A stretch of DNA of 64,000 nt, from assembly GCA_028534125.1 (NCBI GenBank), contig CM052817.1, positions 102,364,001 to 102,428,000 on the forward strand, given 5' to 3'. Positions 25,719-38,752 of the stretch are shown in pieces. How positions within the stretch are numbered: the first letter of the stretch is position 1; every line of letters starts with the position of its first letter. The notes under the pieces are model-generated. The model saw nothing but the letters and a program-made list of their open reading frames with translations, was not told the origin of the DNA and made no database searches. Origin of the DNA: Lama glama (lineage: Eukaryota). Position numbers and translations under genes: made by a program.

Positions 25719-27260
25719 ATTTAATCCAGTAGCCCTCAGCCGCATAGTTAGAGCAGTTAGAGTGGGACAAAGTCGAATCCACCTCCAACCCTCTGGTTTC
25801 GTCCCCACAGAGGGTGATTTCAGTGAGGATGCCTTGCAGCCCTGGGGAGAGAGTCGTTCGGCTGGGTCTCTGCTCCTTCTGCATCCTCACACCTTCCCTT
25901 TTGGGCTTTGGGCTGCTTGCAGGTTCCTGGGCACTGAAGGGAAGGCAGAAGACAGCCAGTTCTGCTCCTTCTTGAAATTTTCCACTGTGCCTTAAACTTG
26001 TTCAGATACCTTTCCTCAAGAAAGTAGATTTCATGAGTCACTCCATTTGCTTCTGGACTCTTGAAACACTGGCAGAGATGATGATTTAAGAGTCTGAACA
26101 AGAAACATTTAAAAATACATGCCACTAATTTGCAATGCGGTTTACATCTCTGTCTTGAATTCTGCATTGTCTGTGCAGCCTAGGGTGATCATTTGAATTA
26201 TCCGTCAGCCACAAAGCGGGCTTTGTCTGATTTTTGTGGCATCCATTTGTTCTTGTCTTTCTTTTCTCCCTTCCTACAATATTCCCACGATGGCAGACAC
26301 AACCACTTGTCATGCCTTGTTTGACTTCCACACTTTTACTAAACGTCTTGACCTGAAATCCCCAAGTGAGATTTTTCTTCCTTCTCTGAAGTCCCTAATG
26401 AAAAGATTCTGTTCTGTGTAGTCTGTAGAATGGTTTAATTGGAGGTTGACAGAAAATGTTTCCGTCAAAGAAATAACATTGAATTAATTATAGGATCATT
26501 TGTCTTTCAATAATTTCTCCTCATATTTTAATGGTTTTCTAATAATGTATGTCACATTATGTCTGAATTGGCTCTTTTATGATTGCAAAAGCCATCCATC
26601 TGTCTTATAGCACATTATAGTTGCATTATACAGGGGAAAGTGTGTAAATGACCATCTCAGTAATTAAGAAGTACTTCTAACTCTGCACTTACTTTACAAA
26701 TTTAAAAAAGACTGCTGCGTCAAGGTCTCTGACCTAGTGGAAAATGCTCCCCTGTGAAAAACCTTTACATAGAATCTTTACAGAAGGTTTTAGGAATTTC
26801 AGTATGTTAGGAGAAAGGATTCTCTGGCAGTTAATAAGAAATTAGAGGGTTAAGTAATCCTTGGCCATGTCATAATAGCTTATGAGAAATGAGAGTGAAG
26901 AAACCTTTAAGGAAAAAAAGCTGTTTTGAAATATACTCTCTGATTAATTCAGCCACCAAGTCAACCAACTTTTGCTAAGTGCCCATCAAGTACAGTGCTG
27001 GAGACTTAGGGACACCACATTAAGACCAAGCTCCTACCTTTAGCCCTACCTCCACTGTTTTGGAAGAAACAAAATCTTATGATCATATTTTTCTTTAGAG
27101 TTTTTAGGTCTCTTGTCCTGAACTTTGGGAATTGCCTCTGAGGTTTTTAATTAGGGAATAATTTGAGGACAGCCAATTTTTTTTAGGATGACGGAAGGAG
27201 GAAAACTAAAGCAGATTTTCGCTTTGACCTCTCATGTTTACATCCTAGCCAAAGTCACGA

Positions 27261-27733
27261 TGTAACCGAGCAGAACCCTGGGGGGCCTTCCAGGGCCAGA
27301 CCCCTCCCCCATGTCCTCTGGGCAGCTCCTCTCTGAAGCACCCAGATAGTCCTATCTCATGTATACTTCCTGAGTTTTTCGGATGCTAAAAACCACCACT
27401 TAAAAGGAAGAAATTAACTACTTGATAATCATGAGCAGTGGGCCCCAGACCTTCCGGTGCCCTGGGGTTGATAGTGTTGACCGCCCTGTTTCCTCCACGT
27501 CAACCAATTAGAGAATTGTGCCCCGAGCTGATCACGTACCCTGCAACCCCCATTCCTCACCCGGCCTTTAAATAGGCTTTGCTGAAACCCTCTAGGGAGT
27601 TTGGGTTTTCTTGGGCATGAGCTGCCCCATCCTCTTTGCTTGGCCCTGCAGTAAATCTTTCTCTGCTCCAAACTCATGTTTCAATTTGTTTGGCCCCATG
27701 ATGCGGGGGCACATAAACTTGCCTTCGGTAACA
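27261..27733 (+). mobile_element. ERV solo LTR
   Basis: TGTAA...TAACA termini, TATA-like and AGTAAA signals, near 4-bp target duplication (acga/gcga); related inverted copy at 38753-39220. Confidence 0.85.
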
Positions 27734-28241
27734 GCGAGGGGCAGATTTGATTTTTGCCTGAATTGATTATGCGTTTGGAAAAGCAAAGACGATTTTACAC
27801 CTGATGCATTAAAAATACATCACTTCTTTTACCGAGAGATCCTTGCCGTTCAAGGGAGATAATTTCTGGAGAGCACTGGGGACGGGGGCATCTGCTACCA
27901 CTGCTATAGATGTTTTTCTATTTTCTTGCCTTTTCTGTTACTATTTTCTGTTATTATTTTCCTATAATAATTTACTTTTTCTTTAGTCAGCATGGTTCAG
28001 TGTGTGGATTATCACCCCAAAATGACAGTGCTTGGTTGTTAAAATACAATGGCCAAAATCTCACTGAGATAGAAAGGTTTCCAAGGGGCATAACCGCAAA
28101 ATGCTTAAGTATGTATCCAGAGCTTCTGCACTTGGGTAATGTAAAGCAAATAAGATTTTACATATTTTTTTCCCAATATACTTAAATTACTGTTAAACTC
28201 ACATTTTAAAAAGTAAATTACACCTTGTGCTTTGCTTCTAG

Positions 28242-28340
28242 TTCCTCAGCTACTGTGTGGAGAACAGCTGGATTATTTGGTTTTTTATTATCTCTGAGAT
28301 AAACATGTGTCTGCTAACTGCTGTGAAAGCAAAATTTTCT
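28242..28340 (+). pseudogene. AtuA-like remnant exon A
   Basis: tttgcttctag acceptor; VPQLLCGEQLDYLVFYYL / EINMCLLTAVKAKFS; apparent 2-nt deletion in a CT run creates TGA at 28295-28297; gtaagt donor. Confidence 0.88.
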
Positions 28341-29526
28341 GTAAGTGCTGTGGTCATTTTAGTGGCCATGTAATCACACTTGGCTAATTATACAAGGCAA
28401 TGTTTATGTGACTTACTGTAAAACTTTAAAATGCGAGATCTTCTTATTGGAAAAAAAAATGTAGGTCGCTTGGCTATTTACCATCATTAAAGTCAGACTT
28501 ATCTTAAGGAAATACAGTTAACTGTGGAAGAGCTTTGCTTGCACAGTTGGTAATACAGTCTTATGTGTAGCACACACACAAAACTGAAGGTCCGAATAAG
28601 GAAGTGGTTATGTAAGTGATGAGAGATCCAGGCAATGAAAGCTCGTGTATCCACTAAAATTGTATTTGGGAAAAGCTTTATTCACAAGGAAAATTGCTTA
28701 TGCCATTACATACAGCATGTGATAAACGTTAGTCCTAGCCTTGAAATATTTAATTCCAGTGGATTAAATTTTCTTATTTTAATATGTAAGGCCTAGAAGT
28801 TGGCCTGAGGCTTGGACTATCCCAGCAGAAATTCCATTTAGACAAGAGAACCATCCACATGATTTCCTCTGGTTAGAGAATCTGTAAAAATCTTGGTATA
28901 GTTAAGTCGCTGACTTGGTGATATTTAGTCCAGGTAAGTAGCTGCTTTTAGTTGGTAGAATTCATTTTTTTAAAAAAATGAACTCATAGTAACACAGCTA
29001 ATTCTCCTTAAACTACAGTTTGACTGCAAATGAGGAACTTTTGATTAACTGCATCACTCCTGGTAACTCTTACCCCAATCTACCTTTATGGTCTCCTGCA
29101 TCTGTTTCTACAATCTATCAACTACATGTGAAGTCACTGGCCTCTCCTGAGAATTAGTGTTGGGTTTTCATAATGAATACGGAGGGCACGTATAGGGTTG
29201 GGAAATTTAGCTTTTGATAAAACTTTGCAATTAAAATTGCTAATAGATCACACAAGAGAAGTGATTACTTTTTAAAGTTATCCTTATTTCATCACTTTGG
29301 CACTGATGAAAGTTCTATTTCTGTTGAACACAGTGTTAGACCTTTCCATTGACTGATTATATTTTCAAATTTATCTGGGACTAGTTCTTTGCAGGCAACA
29401 TAAACCTTACAATTACTTAATATGCAATATAGTTTTGCAAGTAACTAAAAGATTGATTAGTCTGTTTCTTTTGAGTTGACTACATACATTTTTATAGTGC
29501 ATAACACATTTAGGTTTATATTTTAG

Positions 29527-29596
29527 GCCTTGGGCTATGTTCCTGATTTTGTACAGACTGCCAGGGCCTCATATATAAAGGACATTCATACAGAAG
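29527..29596 (+). pseudogene. AtuA-like remnant exon B
   Basis: ttttag acceptor; ALGYVPDFVQTARASYIKDIHTE(G); the expected phase-1 donor reads TT rather than GT. Confidence 0.88.
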
Positions 29597-30307
29597 TTCA
29601 TCTGAAAAATGCTTTTCATTAAATCATCTTAATTTCCTGCATTCAGTGCATGTCCAATTTTAAGAATGAGAGGATTTATACATAAAATTATGTAAGTAAA
29701 ACTGTTTGAATGATACAGCCACTAAAAGTAAATAAATAACTCAATGAACATTTAAACGGACTTTATCAACCACCTTGAGATGGTTCTGAGGAAAGAAGTT
29801 GCCATTAGATGAAAGAATAATTAATAATATAGTCACTGTTAACCCACCAGCATATTTGGGTTGATTTCCAGTTAGAGGGTTAGAATTGTGGCTGTTTGCT
29901 CTCTCACCCTGGGTCTTCTGTGGCTCAGGGTAAATCTTACTAAGATGACTTGCTGGAGTTAGAGTGAAACTTGTGGCTACTGGACCCATAGCAGCTGCCA
30001 ACCGTGCATGAACCAAATCCAGCGCTCTGGCCTCATTATCATGGTGCTGTGATTTACTGAACTAACAAAGGAAGTCTTCTGCAGTCGGGTACGGAGGTGG
30101 CATTACTGAATATTTCTTCAAGTACTGAAAATGTATCTCTGCTTAGGAAGGATAAATCCCTTAGAATATGTTGTTATTTAAGATCATAAGATGCAGAGCT
30201 TTGAGTAATTAATGGTCTGGATGTAGTTATCACGTACCCTTTAGTTTTATTGTTGCATTTCCCATTACACCGGTTAGGAGGCCCTGTTTTTTAAATATCA
30301 TAATTTT

Positions 30308-30321
30308 CCACCAGGGGGAGC
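30308..30321 (+). promoter_or_regulatory. Candidate CTCF site
   Basis: CCACCAGGGGGAGC, close to the CTCF core consensus CC(A/G)(C/G)(C/T)AG(A/G)(G/T)GG(C/A)GC. Confidence 0.55.
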
Positions 30322-31639
30322 TATATCCCCCTTAAAAAAAATCAGTTACGGAGAAAACGCAAAAAGCAAGCAAGATGTCAGACGTACCAAAACTTCTTAT
30401 GATTCCCAGGTATTGGTGGTAAATTTGTTATTTGTATATTGTCTTTCATTCTGGAATCATAAATTGTCCGTGAATCCACAAGGGTGCGTACTGCCCTGGC
30501 TACATGGCAGAGAGCCGGACATCAGAGTATAAACAACGACCAAGCCACTAGCGCTTCTTAGAGGAGAGGGTGGACGCGGAGGCAGGATGGGGGAGGAACT
30601 TCCATTCAAAAGGAGTAACAGTTGAAGCTAGTATTGAGAAGGATTTCTGTGTGAGAGAGTGAGAATGGATATTAAGGAGGGTAGGGTTGAGCTGTAGGAA
30701 ACCCCTGGGGAGAGGAGGGACTTGGAGAAGAATGTAAAATGCAGGGGAGGCGAAGGGTGAACAGTGCAGAGACAGGGGAAGAACATGGGGAGTGTGGAGG
30801 GTGTTTTAAGAAAGTGTTGGTGCGTGGACGAGGGTGGGAGGAGGACAGGGTGGGTTCAGATGTACCTGAGTGGGTTGAGCAGAGTGAAAACAGAGAAAGA
30901 ATCACACTTGGTTAGAAAGAGGACGAGGGGGTTTAAATTCTAATCACGTATACTCACCAATCATTCTTTGGACGGTTAATAGGAGCGGTCAGCAGAGCCC
31001 GCCAATCTTTGCATACACTGCCTGATGGCCCTTGTCCTTAACCCCACACACAGGTCCACATGGAGTCTGACCCCGAGACACTGCAGACAAGGAGTGGGAA
31101 GAGCGAGGCTTCCTCCTGCCTGTGTCCCTAACCAGCTGCCCGGCACTGGCCAAGGCGCTCAGCCTCTCTGCACCTTAACTTCTTCATCTGTAAATGAGGT
31201 GACTGGATGAGGTCAAGGTTTCTTAATCCGGTATCCAAGGATGGGCTTCAGGGAATCTGAGATTCCTCTGAAAGTATAAACAAAATATGTTGTTCTCCCC
31301 TAAGGAGAGGAGCCACAGCTTTTATCAGACCCCACAAAGGATCATGAGCCTTAGAAAGATAAGAACTAGTGAATTAGGCGATCACTTAAGTCCTGTCTTC
31401 TTCAGAATGCTGGAATTTTGTTTGCTTCTCTGGCTCCAGCACTCCGTAGTACTATACCTGGCCTGTCTCAGCAAATCACTGTCAGAGATTGAATTAAAAG
31501 TCAGAGTTTCTGAAAGGTAACTGATTGGATCAATCCTCTCTAGAGGATTACTTAGAAAATACAGAGAATTTCAAAGATTGAAACTAATCATTGCTTTAAT
31601 AGTCTACAGATATTTTTCTTAAGACCTAACAGTTGTGGG

Positions 31640-31885
31640 GTAGGAAGGGATAAATTTGGGAGTTTGAGATTTGCAAATGTTAACCACCGTATATAAAAAC
31701 AGATAAAAAACCAAATTTCTTCTGTACAGCACAGGGAACGATACTCAATATCTTGTAGTAACCTTTAATGGAAAAAATATGAAAATGAATATATGTATGT
31801 ATATGCATGACTGGGACACTGTGCTGTACACCAGAAATTGACACACTGTAACTGACTGTACTTCAGTTAACAAGTACAACAAAAA
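31640..31885 (+). mobile_element. L1 3'-end fragment with target-site duplication
   Basis: Flanked by aagacctaacagttgt / aagacctaacggttgt. Confidence 0.85.
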
Positions 31886-32143
31886 GACCTAACGGTTGTA
31901 CCTCCATTTACATCTGTTACTAGCCACGCACCTGAGGAGCATAAACACCAGAAGTGGCTGTAGCCACTTAAATATTGTCCAGGGATGCCATTGCCTTTGG
32001 TGTGGTTGCTTCTAAAACGGAAAACAAAAACATAACCAAAAAAAAAAAAAACCCAACAACAATGGGAAAAGAAAGCAGTTCACTGAGTGTAAATTGGTGA
32101 TGGTCACGTCAGAGTGGTCACCATGGTGTTTCTTTTTTGGCAG

Positions 32144-32274
32144 GTGTGCTTGTGATCCGCAGCGCTGGGGGTACCAGTCCTCTGGCGTGTCCTCCTGCCT
32201 TTGACAAGGTGGCCAGGAGGGCTGGCGTTGATTTGAAAATAGCAGTTGTCACCAGAGTTGATGTCACAGGAGAG
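32144..32274 (+). pseudogene. AtuA-like remnant exon C
   Basis: ttttttggcag acceptor; GVLVIRSAGGTSPLACPPAFDKVARRAGVDLKIAVVTRVDVTGE; donor gtgaca; lies within ORF 32137..32439. Confidence 0.9.
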
Positions 32275-33504
32275 GTGACAGGCGTTTATGTGACACCTCC
32301 TCAGCAAGAAGCTGTTAGATCATGCGATAAAGGGCTGTGGATTGAGCCCTTTCTGATCTGTTACTCTATAAAACCTGCTATGTCAGCTGCCCAGACTGGC
32401 CATCCGTTTATGTTCATAAACCGCTTATGTGTGGTGTGAAAGGTTCATTGATATTCATTGAAGGCAGTGTTTAAAATGACTCTGGACCCTTCTTGGGATG
32501 TGGCAGATTAAAGTGAAACTGCTTCTTACAAAACGTAAAGTTTCTTAGCACAAGTCACTATCTTTCTAATCTTACCATCATTTTGCTCCAGTGGACGGAT
32601 TTTGCTGCGAGTGATTCTTTCTGTGTCACAACCAGAAAAGGAGATGACATTAACAAATTCTTTTATTAACACTGTTTGTGAAGAGCTAAATGTTTCAGGC
32701 AAGCATCATACTTTTCACGGCACTCCTTCCTTAGTACCATCTGAGCTTGGCTCCCAGTGAAATGCAAAAGGGGTAAAATCCCACTTGTGAAATGCAAGTA
32801 TTTCTGCAGGTCCTTGTATATTTGTAATATTGGTATGAGCTGTCAGGAACCCACAGAAAAACCATGGACTCATTTGTTTGAGTGTAAACAGAACAGATCT
32901 GCTAATTAGCTTCTCTTCCTGGAGCCAGGCCTGCGCAATGTACTATCTGCAGGGTTAGATTTATGATTTGTGAAAACAGCTGTGGAGAGAACCTTGGAGA
33001 GCCATCCTGTGTCTGTGTAGACAGTGTATTTTTAGCTCATCTGTATCCTTCCTCTAAAAAGAGGTTCTTATTTGTACATTACCAAAGAAGTAACTGCTAT
33101 GAATGAATTTGCTGCCATAACTATCTGCTGGTCTATTTTAAATATGATGTCACGTTAGCACGGGACAGACTTCTGCTCTAATGATCCCACTGTGGTGACA
33201 AACATGCTGAATCTTATCCAAGAGAACTAAACCATAGACCTGTTTTTTCTGCAAAGGAATATACCCCTAGGGAAATTTAAATATATTTAATGTGTTTATA
33301 GAAAACAAAGATGGAAACAGTGATACCCTGAGAAGCAGGTCTCCGCTGAGGAAGATCAACATCTGACCTTTAATAGCCTGAACTCTAACCACCCCCTGTT
33401 GCACTGGTAACTGACACAGCGTAAAATGTACCTGTCATGATGTATAACATGCTCTGCTGTGTTCTATATCATATGCATTTTTGTATCATCATGTATGACA
33501 CCAG

Positions 33505-33700
33505 ATTCCGCACTACGGACTTACCAGTTGGGCAGTCCCAGCTCTGGCCCTTGGTGGTGAAGTCACGTTTTGGCTTTGGTGCGGCTCGGGGCTGTGGTCA
33601 GGCGTCAGAGTAACAGGAAGTGTCCTCGGCAGCCCGGAGACCCTGCGAGGTGGTTACACGGGAATGACCATCTCTAAGCAGCTCCAGCGCTGCGGGGGTT
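33505..33700. promoter_or_regulatory. Small CpG-enriched promoter-like island
   Basis: Local CpG cluster in CpG-poor surroundings; ETS motif CAGGAAGT (33614-33621), CGTCA half-site, GTCACGT box; minus-strand consensus donor CTG|GTAAGT at 33519-33527. Confidence 0.45.
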
Positions 33701-34101
33701 GCACAGTTTTCAGGCTCTTTGTCCTGCTTTCCGTAACTCTAGCCTGAGCCTGTTTGGGGGAGGCATAGGGATCTCCCTGTAAGCACGTTCTGCCCAGAGC
33801 TTCGGGGCTTAGCCTGGGAAGACGTGCCTGCATCGGGAGTCCCCGAACATGTACGTGAACCTCATGATTATGGGGGTGGGGGTGGGAAATGCCAAAGCAA
33901 AACTCAGGTCTTTTAGGGACATGTATTGGCAACTTTTATTCTTAACTTTGACTATAGGAAGCATGGTTCTTTACTGGAGATAAATTGCGGTGGAACCTTT
34001 CAGATTTGGTAAATCACTTTGCAAGAACGAGAAGGGATCCTGTGTGTATTTACAACAGTCCTGTGAGACAGATATTATGGTGTCTTACTTTAAAGAGGCA
34101 G

Positions 34102-34198
34102 AGGGGGAGGGTATAGCTTAGTGGTAGAGCAGCTGCTTAGCAGGCATGAAGTCCTGGGTTCAATCCCCAGTACCTCCATTAAAAAAAATAAATAAAAT
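34102..34198 (+). mobile_element. tRNA-derived SINE (camelid type)
   Basis: GGGGAGGGTATAGCTTAGTGGTAGAGC...GGTTCAATCCCCAGTACCTCC plus A tail; agaggcag flanking duplication. Confidence 0.85.
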
Positions 34199-34522
34199 AG
34201 AGGCAGGAGCTCAGAGAAGCCAGGAGGGTTGCCCAGGGTCCAGAACCTGCATACCTCGCCCCTAGGCTTCCTCAGCCCCGCTTTGGTTCAGGTTTCTCAT
34301 CTATCCAATGGGGGCTGTGATAGCTGCCTACATGAAACATTGTAGGGAAAGTCCCTGAAACAGAATACCTTTTTCAATGCATACTAGTTTACTCATTCCA
34401 GTAACGAAATGTATAGGATTCTGCTTGCATATTACAATTTTTTTATTGTTTTAGCATGTATGATGAAAAGTAAGTGTTCTGTGAATAAAGATTTAAAACA
34501 TTTTTTTGCAAAATAGTTATAG

Positions 34523-34611
34523 AAGGAGACTCTGCAAGGGTCAGCTATCCTGGATATGGAGAGTGGGAAGGAATTTCCAGACACCGTTGAAAGCATGGAT
34601 GCGTGCCTTAG
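34523..34611 (+). pseudogene. AtuA-like remnant exon D
   Basis: KETLQGSAILDMESGKEFPDTVESMDACL, matching family D.E.G..FP....SMNAYLG; donor degraded to atgag. Confidence 0.8.
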
Positions 34612-37600
34612 ATGAGGTCTTCCCTCTCATTTTTCACTTTACTCCTCCCTCCCCTTCCCTCTTCTATCCTTCCTTCCTTCCAGGTGTAGGTGGATGCATG
34701 TTGCTTCAGAGTTGATCATCTTGAAAGCTTTTCTCCCAGGGTGCCCAGGTAGCAGCACAAACTCTTAGGAGTATCGAAAGGAATTTCTCAGCAATCACCA
34801 TAGTTTTGAACCTCCCAGACCACACAATAGGCCCAGAGTAAAAGATGCAGAAAAATTCTCTGACAAAACTGTAGCTGTGATATGGTGGTGTATCTAAACC
34901 CACAGCAGCACAGAAAAAGGATTTCAACTCTAACCCATGGGGGTGAAAAATCACCGGTTGTGAGAGATTGGGAGGGTGGGGGTTCCGTGAACTTGAAACG
35001 CCAGTTGCTTTATAGAGCGCTCTGAGGCACAGGTGTGTGCTGCAGGCAGGGTGGGGAGGTGGGGTGGGGCGGCACAGCCGAGTAAAATCTGTGCCAGCCC
35101 CGGAGGAGTGGAAAGTGCATCCACATCCACGAGGGGAATGTGAGGGGAGGCTCCGTCTGCCTCCCTGTGCGCTGAGTTCCTTGTGAGCCAAGGATCCCAC
35201 TTCCTACCCCTGAATGCCTGCTGTCTGTCACGGGGCTGTCCGCAGTGGACCCCGATCACAGCAAACTGGAAGGGATTTAGACTGAGAAGCTGAGAACAGT
35301 TTTTGGAGCAGCAAAGGCGTGTTTTGTGGAAAGCCTGTGGTTGGTTTCAGTGCTGTTCCATTGATCACAACCTTACACAAGCACTCTATCCATTTCTATC
35401 CATTTCTCCCTCTGCTTAAGCACACCTTTTACGAAGTCTAGTGGGGATTCTGCCTCCTGCTCCTCCTCTGCATTCCTGCGGCACTCACCTCACTCCTGGG
35501 GCTCGTGGTCCCCCAGCTCAATGGCACGTCCAGAAGCTCCCTCCACCTCTGGGTCCCTGGCTCCCGTGAGCATCCTTGTGCCTCAGTGGTGCTTAGTAAA
35601 TGTTGAGTGTCCTGAAGGATGTGGGCGGGGTGGTGACCCCTGAATTGCCGTAAAGTGCAAGCCAGTCTGTTTTCCTTGCTCTCTCCAGCTACTGAGATCT
35701 GCTAGGAGACCGCGCTTCCCCAGAGAGCCTCACTATCATCAGTCTCTGCATCTGAACCAAATTCAGATGGTAGGGGGTGCGGGGGGACGTCCATCACATC
35801 TCCTTGTGGTGACCACTACACTGCGGACTATACACATGGAAATGTTAACATAATGCATCTCAACCAAGAATGAGATTCATGAGTACCATGAATACTAAGA
35901 ACTTTATTTTTCAAATTACGTACTTAGAGCAGGAATATCATTAAATGTTTTTCAAATCATCATTTTTAATGGCAGTAAATGATACTAGTGTATGGTACAG
36001 ATGATAGGACCAATCTTTAAGTGGACATATATGTTGGTCCCAATTTTTCTTTTCTATTTTAAATAAGCTACAGTGGATATCCTTATAACTAAATCTTGGT
36101 GTCTTTTTAAAATTATTTTTTAAAGATAAATTCTTCTGGTTTTAAGTATCATTGAATCATTACACCCATTCAGCTCAGTGGGGTGATCACTGAGGGGGCA
36201 CCTGCTGTGGACTGGTATTGGGAGCCCTCAGTACAGAAGACATCAAACTTGTTTTTAGGAAAGCCCCAATACAATAAGGGACTTGGAAGAACATTTGCTA
36301 ATAGTAATGTCTGCTTTCATTGGGTTATTATGGAAGGGGGGGTGAATAAAATAATAAATGTAAAGCACTTAGCACCAAAATATATATATAGTAAGCATTT
36401 AGTAAAATGATCACTTTTATTGTTTTGCACTTCAGTGTTCATCAGATATTTGTAGACTAATCAAAGGAGGTAGATTGCATTAACCCAGGAATAGAGGCAT
36501 GCTTTGATTTGATCCGCAAGGGTGTTGCACCACTCCATTATGGTGGTATGAGTTCCTCTGGTATAAAATATGGATAATGATACCTACTTATAGGGTTGCT
36601 GTAAAGATTACAATAAATGGGTTGCTGTTGGCAAGAGTTAGTCCATTGCCTGCCACACGGTAAACAGTAAAAAAAAAGGATACCCAGTGGAGACAGTAAT
36701 AATGGTGGTACTAACACCACCGCACTTCGCAGTGATGGTAATGCTAGTGATAGTTACAAAAATGGTAGTAACAGGAGGTGGAAGCAGCATTTCATTTAGG
36801 TTTTGATAACTGTGGGACATATAAGCAATGGAACATAGCTTGGGGGGATGTGAGGAAAAGACACAGAGATTTACTTGGCATTCAGTGGGAGCTGAGGGTC
36901 AAAGCCACGGGAGTGGATGGATGGCGTGGAGTGTGCAGCCCAGGGAAGGGAGGACAAGGGCAAAGATGGATCGTGGGAGAGTAGAGTTTAAATTCAGAGA
37001 TAGTGGGAGGAAGAAGATGTATTCTGAGATGGGAAGCTGTGATTAGAGAGTGCTAAAGATAAAGAGCAAGAGATCAAATGGTCAAGGAAGACAGCTCAGC
37101 CCGTGGTCTGCCCCCGCCCGCACTGCAAGCCATTTCTCAGTCATTTTCTCATGCTTCCTTCTTACTCAGAATTGTCCTTCTTTCTTCTCTAACAGTTCAA
37201 ACATTTATCTCTCTAGGTAGGTAGGTCTAGAGATACACACACAAACAAAATATTTATCATAAGTGAGTAAATGTGGTTTTATCCTACGTGCTCTCTTTAA
37301 CGCAGCTTTTAAAAATGTTTTGTTTGATTCCTTTTTCCCACTCACTTTCTCTCTCTTGCTATCAGCACCACTTCTGCCCATGTACTCACGTTAACTGTTC
37401 TAACATACATTCTTTCATACTTTTTATTAATCCTCAGATAATCATATGTGGCTGCAAATGCATATAGCAACAGTTTCATATGGGTACAAGATAACACGTT
37501 CTACAATCTGATGAGCCAAGTCCTTCCTCACTGCCCTCACCTTTTAAAAAAGTGTTTTGCTGTTCTCTGGCATTTATTCTTCCACGTGAAACTCAGTGTT

Positions 37601-37680
37601 CTTTTATCTAAAGAAGATGATTCCCGTTGGTTTTCTTTTGAGTGTATAAATTTGGTAGAACTGACATTATAATGTCTTTC

Positions 37681-38230
37681 TGTTACCCCAAAAGGGGAAG
37701 AAAAAAAAAAAAAACCTTGGTTTTTGTCTTGCCTGAAAGATAAGAATTCAGACGGGAGACATAAGTGTCGTGTAGTGAAAAGAATTTAAAGATTCAATTA
37801 GTGGCGCAAAATTGCACCTCCAAGAACAGCAGGCAGGCTGATCCAAGGGAGGGTAGCAATGGTCTTTGCCCCCTTCGCTTATCCCTTTGCCTAGAGGGGG
37901 TCTCTTGATTGATTGACAGCTCTTGCCCCTGAAGTGCTTAGTCATGTTCGTCCCCTTTGTGCATGTCCTTACCCGTGATGCACACAGAAAAAACTATGAG
38001 GGTGGGAAGCCTAAACCATAATGCTAATTATATTTCAGTGAGCATTGGGTCATGTCTGGTTAGGTCCTTGTCGCTACCATGCAGTTGCAGCCATCAGTTT
38101 CTTGCTGGCGCTCATTTAGAGGAAGTGAAGCCCCTTTAAGCTAAAGGCAGGCATAACACCATCTTCAGGACCCTCCTCCCGCTCCTCCACCTTATCTGCC
38201 CGGTGCCCCCACTTATCTAACTACCTAACA
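37681..38230 (-). mobile_element. ERV1-type solo LTR (second family)
   Basis: TGTTA...TAACA termini with a perfect 4-bp target-site duplication TTTC; strand is tentative. Confidence 0.8.
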
Positions 38231-38752
38231 TTTCCATCTGAGAAGGTGGTTTGTTTTCCATCAAAAGATCTTGTTTTTAAAGCAAGCTTATTTTATTGTC
38301 CTTCAGTACGTTTTAGAAATACTGAAATCAAGTGCATTAGCTTTCATTATTTTTGTATTTATGACCTTGTCACTTTGACTTCTAAGGTTATATTATGCTC
38401 TACCATAATGAAATGCTCTTTTTTCTCCCAGAATCAAAGAGGAGTCTTTTCCTTATTACTCAAAAAGATCGTGTTTAATATTGAACTTTACTAAATGGCC
38501 ATTTTAGCACCAAACTAGGGTTAAAGGCGACATCTCTAAGTTACCCTCTATTTCTCCTTTTTCTTTTTCTTTTTTTTTTATAACTATCTTATATTTCTTA
38601 GTGAACAAAAGGTCAATTTTATAAATTAAAGGCTCTTTGAAAGCTGTGGCCCAAGTCTCACCTGCTTGGATTTATAATAAGCAGTAAGAGGAGGGAGGAG
38701 AAACTCAGTCGGTCACCAATGGAGTGAGGCTTCCTGACCGGAGAAATCTGAT

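Noticed and set aside
25141..25890. Long minus-strand ORFs of 199-249 aa
   Set aside because: Artefacts of translating through the N gap.
25905..25940. Possible AtuA N-terminal GCASGFWGD remnant (ggctgcttgcaggttcctgggcact)
   Set aside because: Needs several indels and has no clear donor; the first exon may lie in the gap or be lost.
34102..34180. tRNA-like sequence with A and B boxes
   Set aside because: It has an A-rich tail, a target duplication and at least five sibling copies in the window, so it is a SINE and not a tRNA gene.
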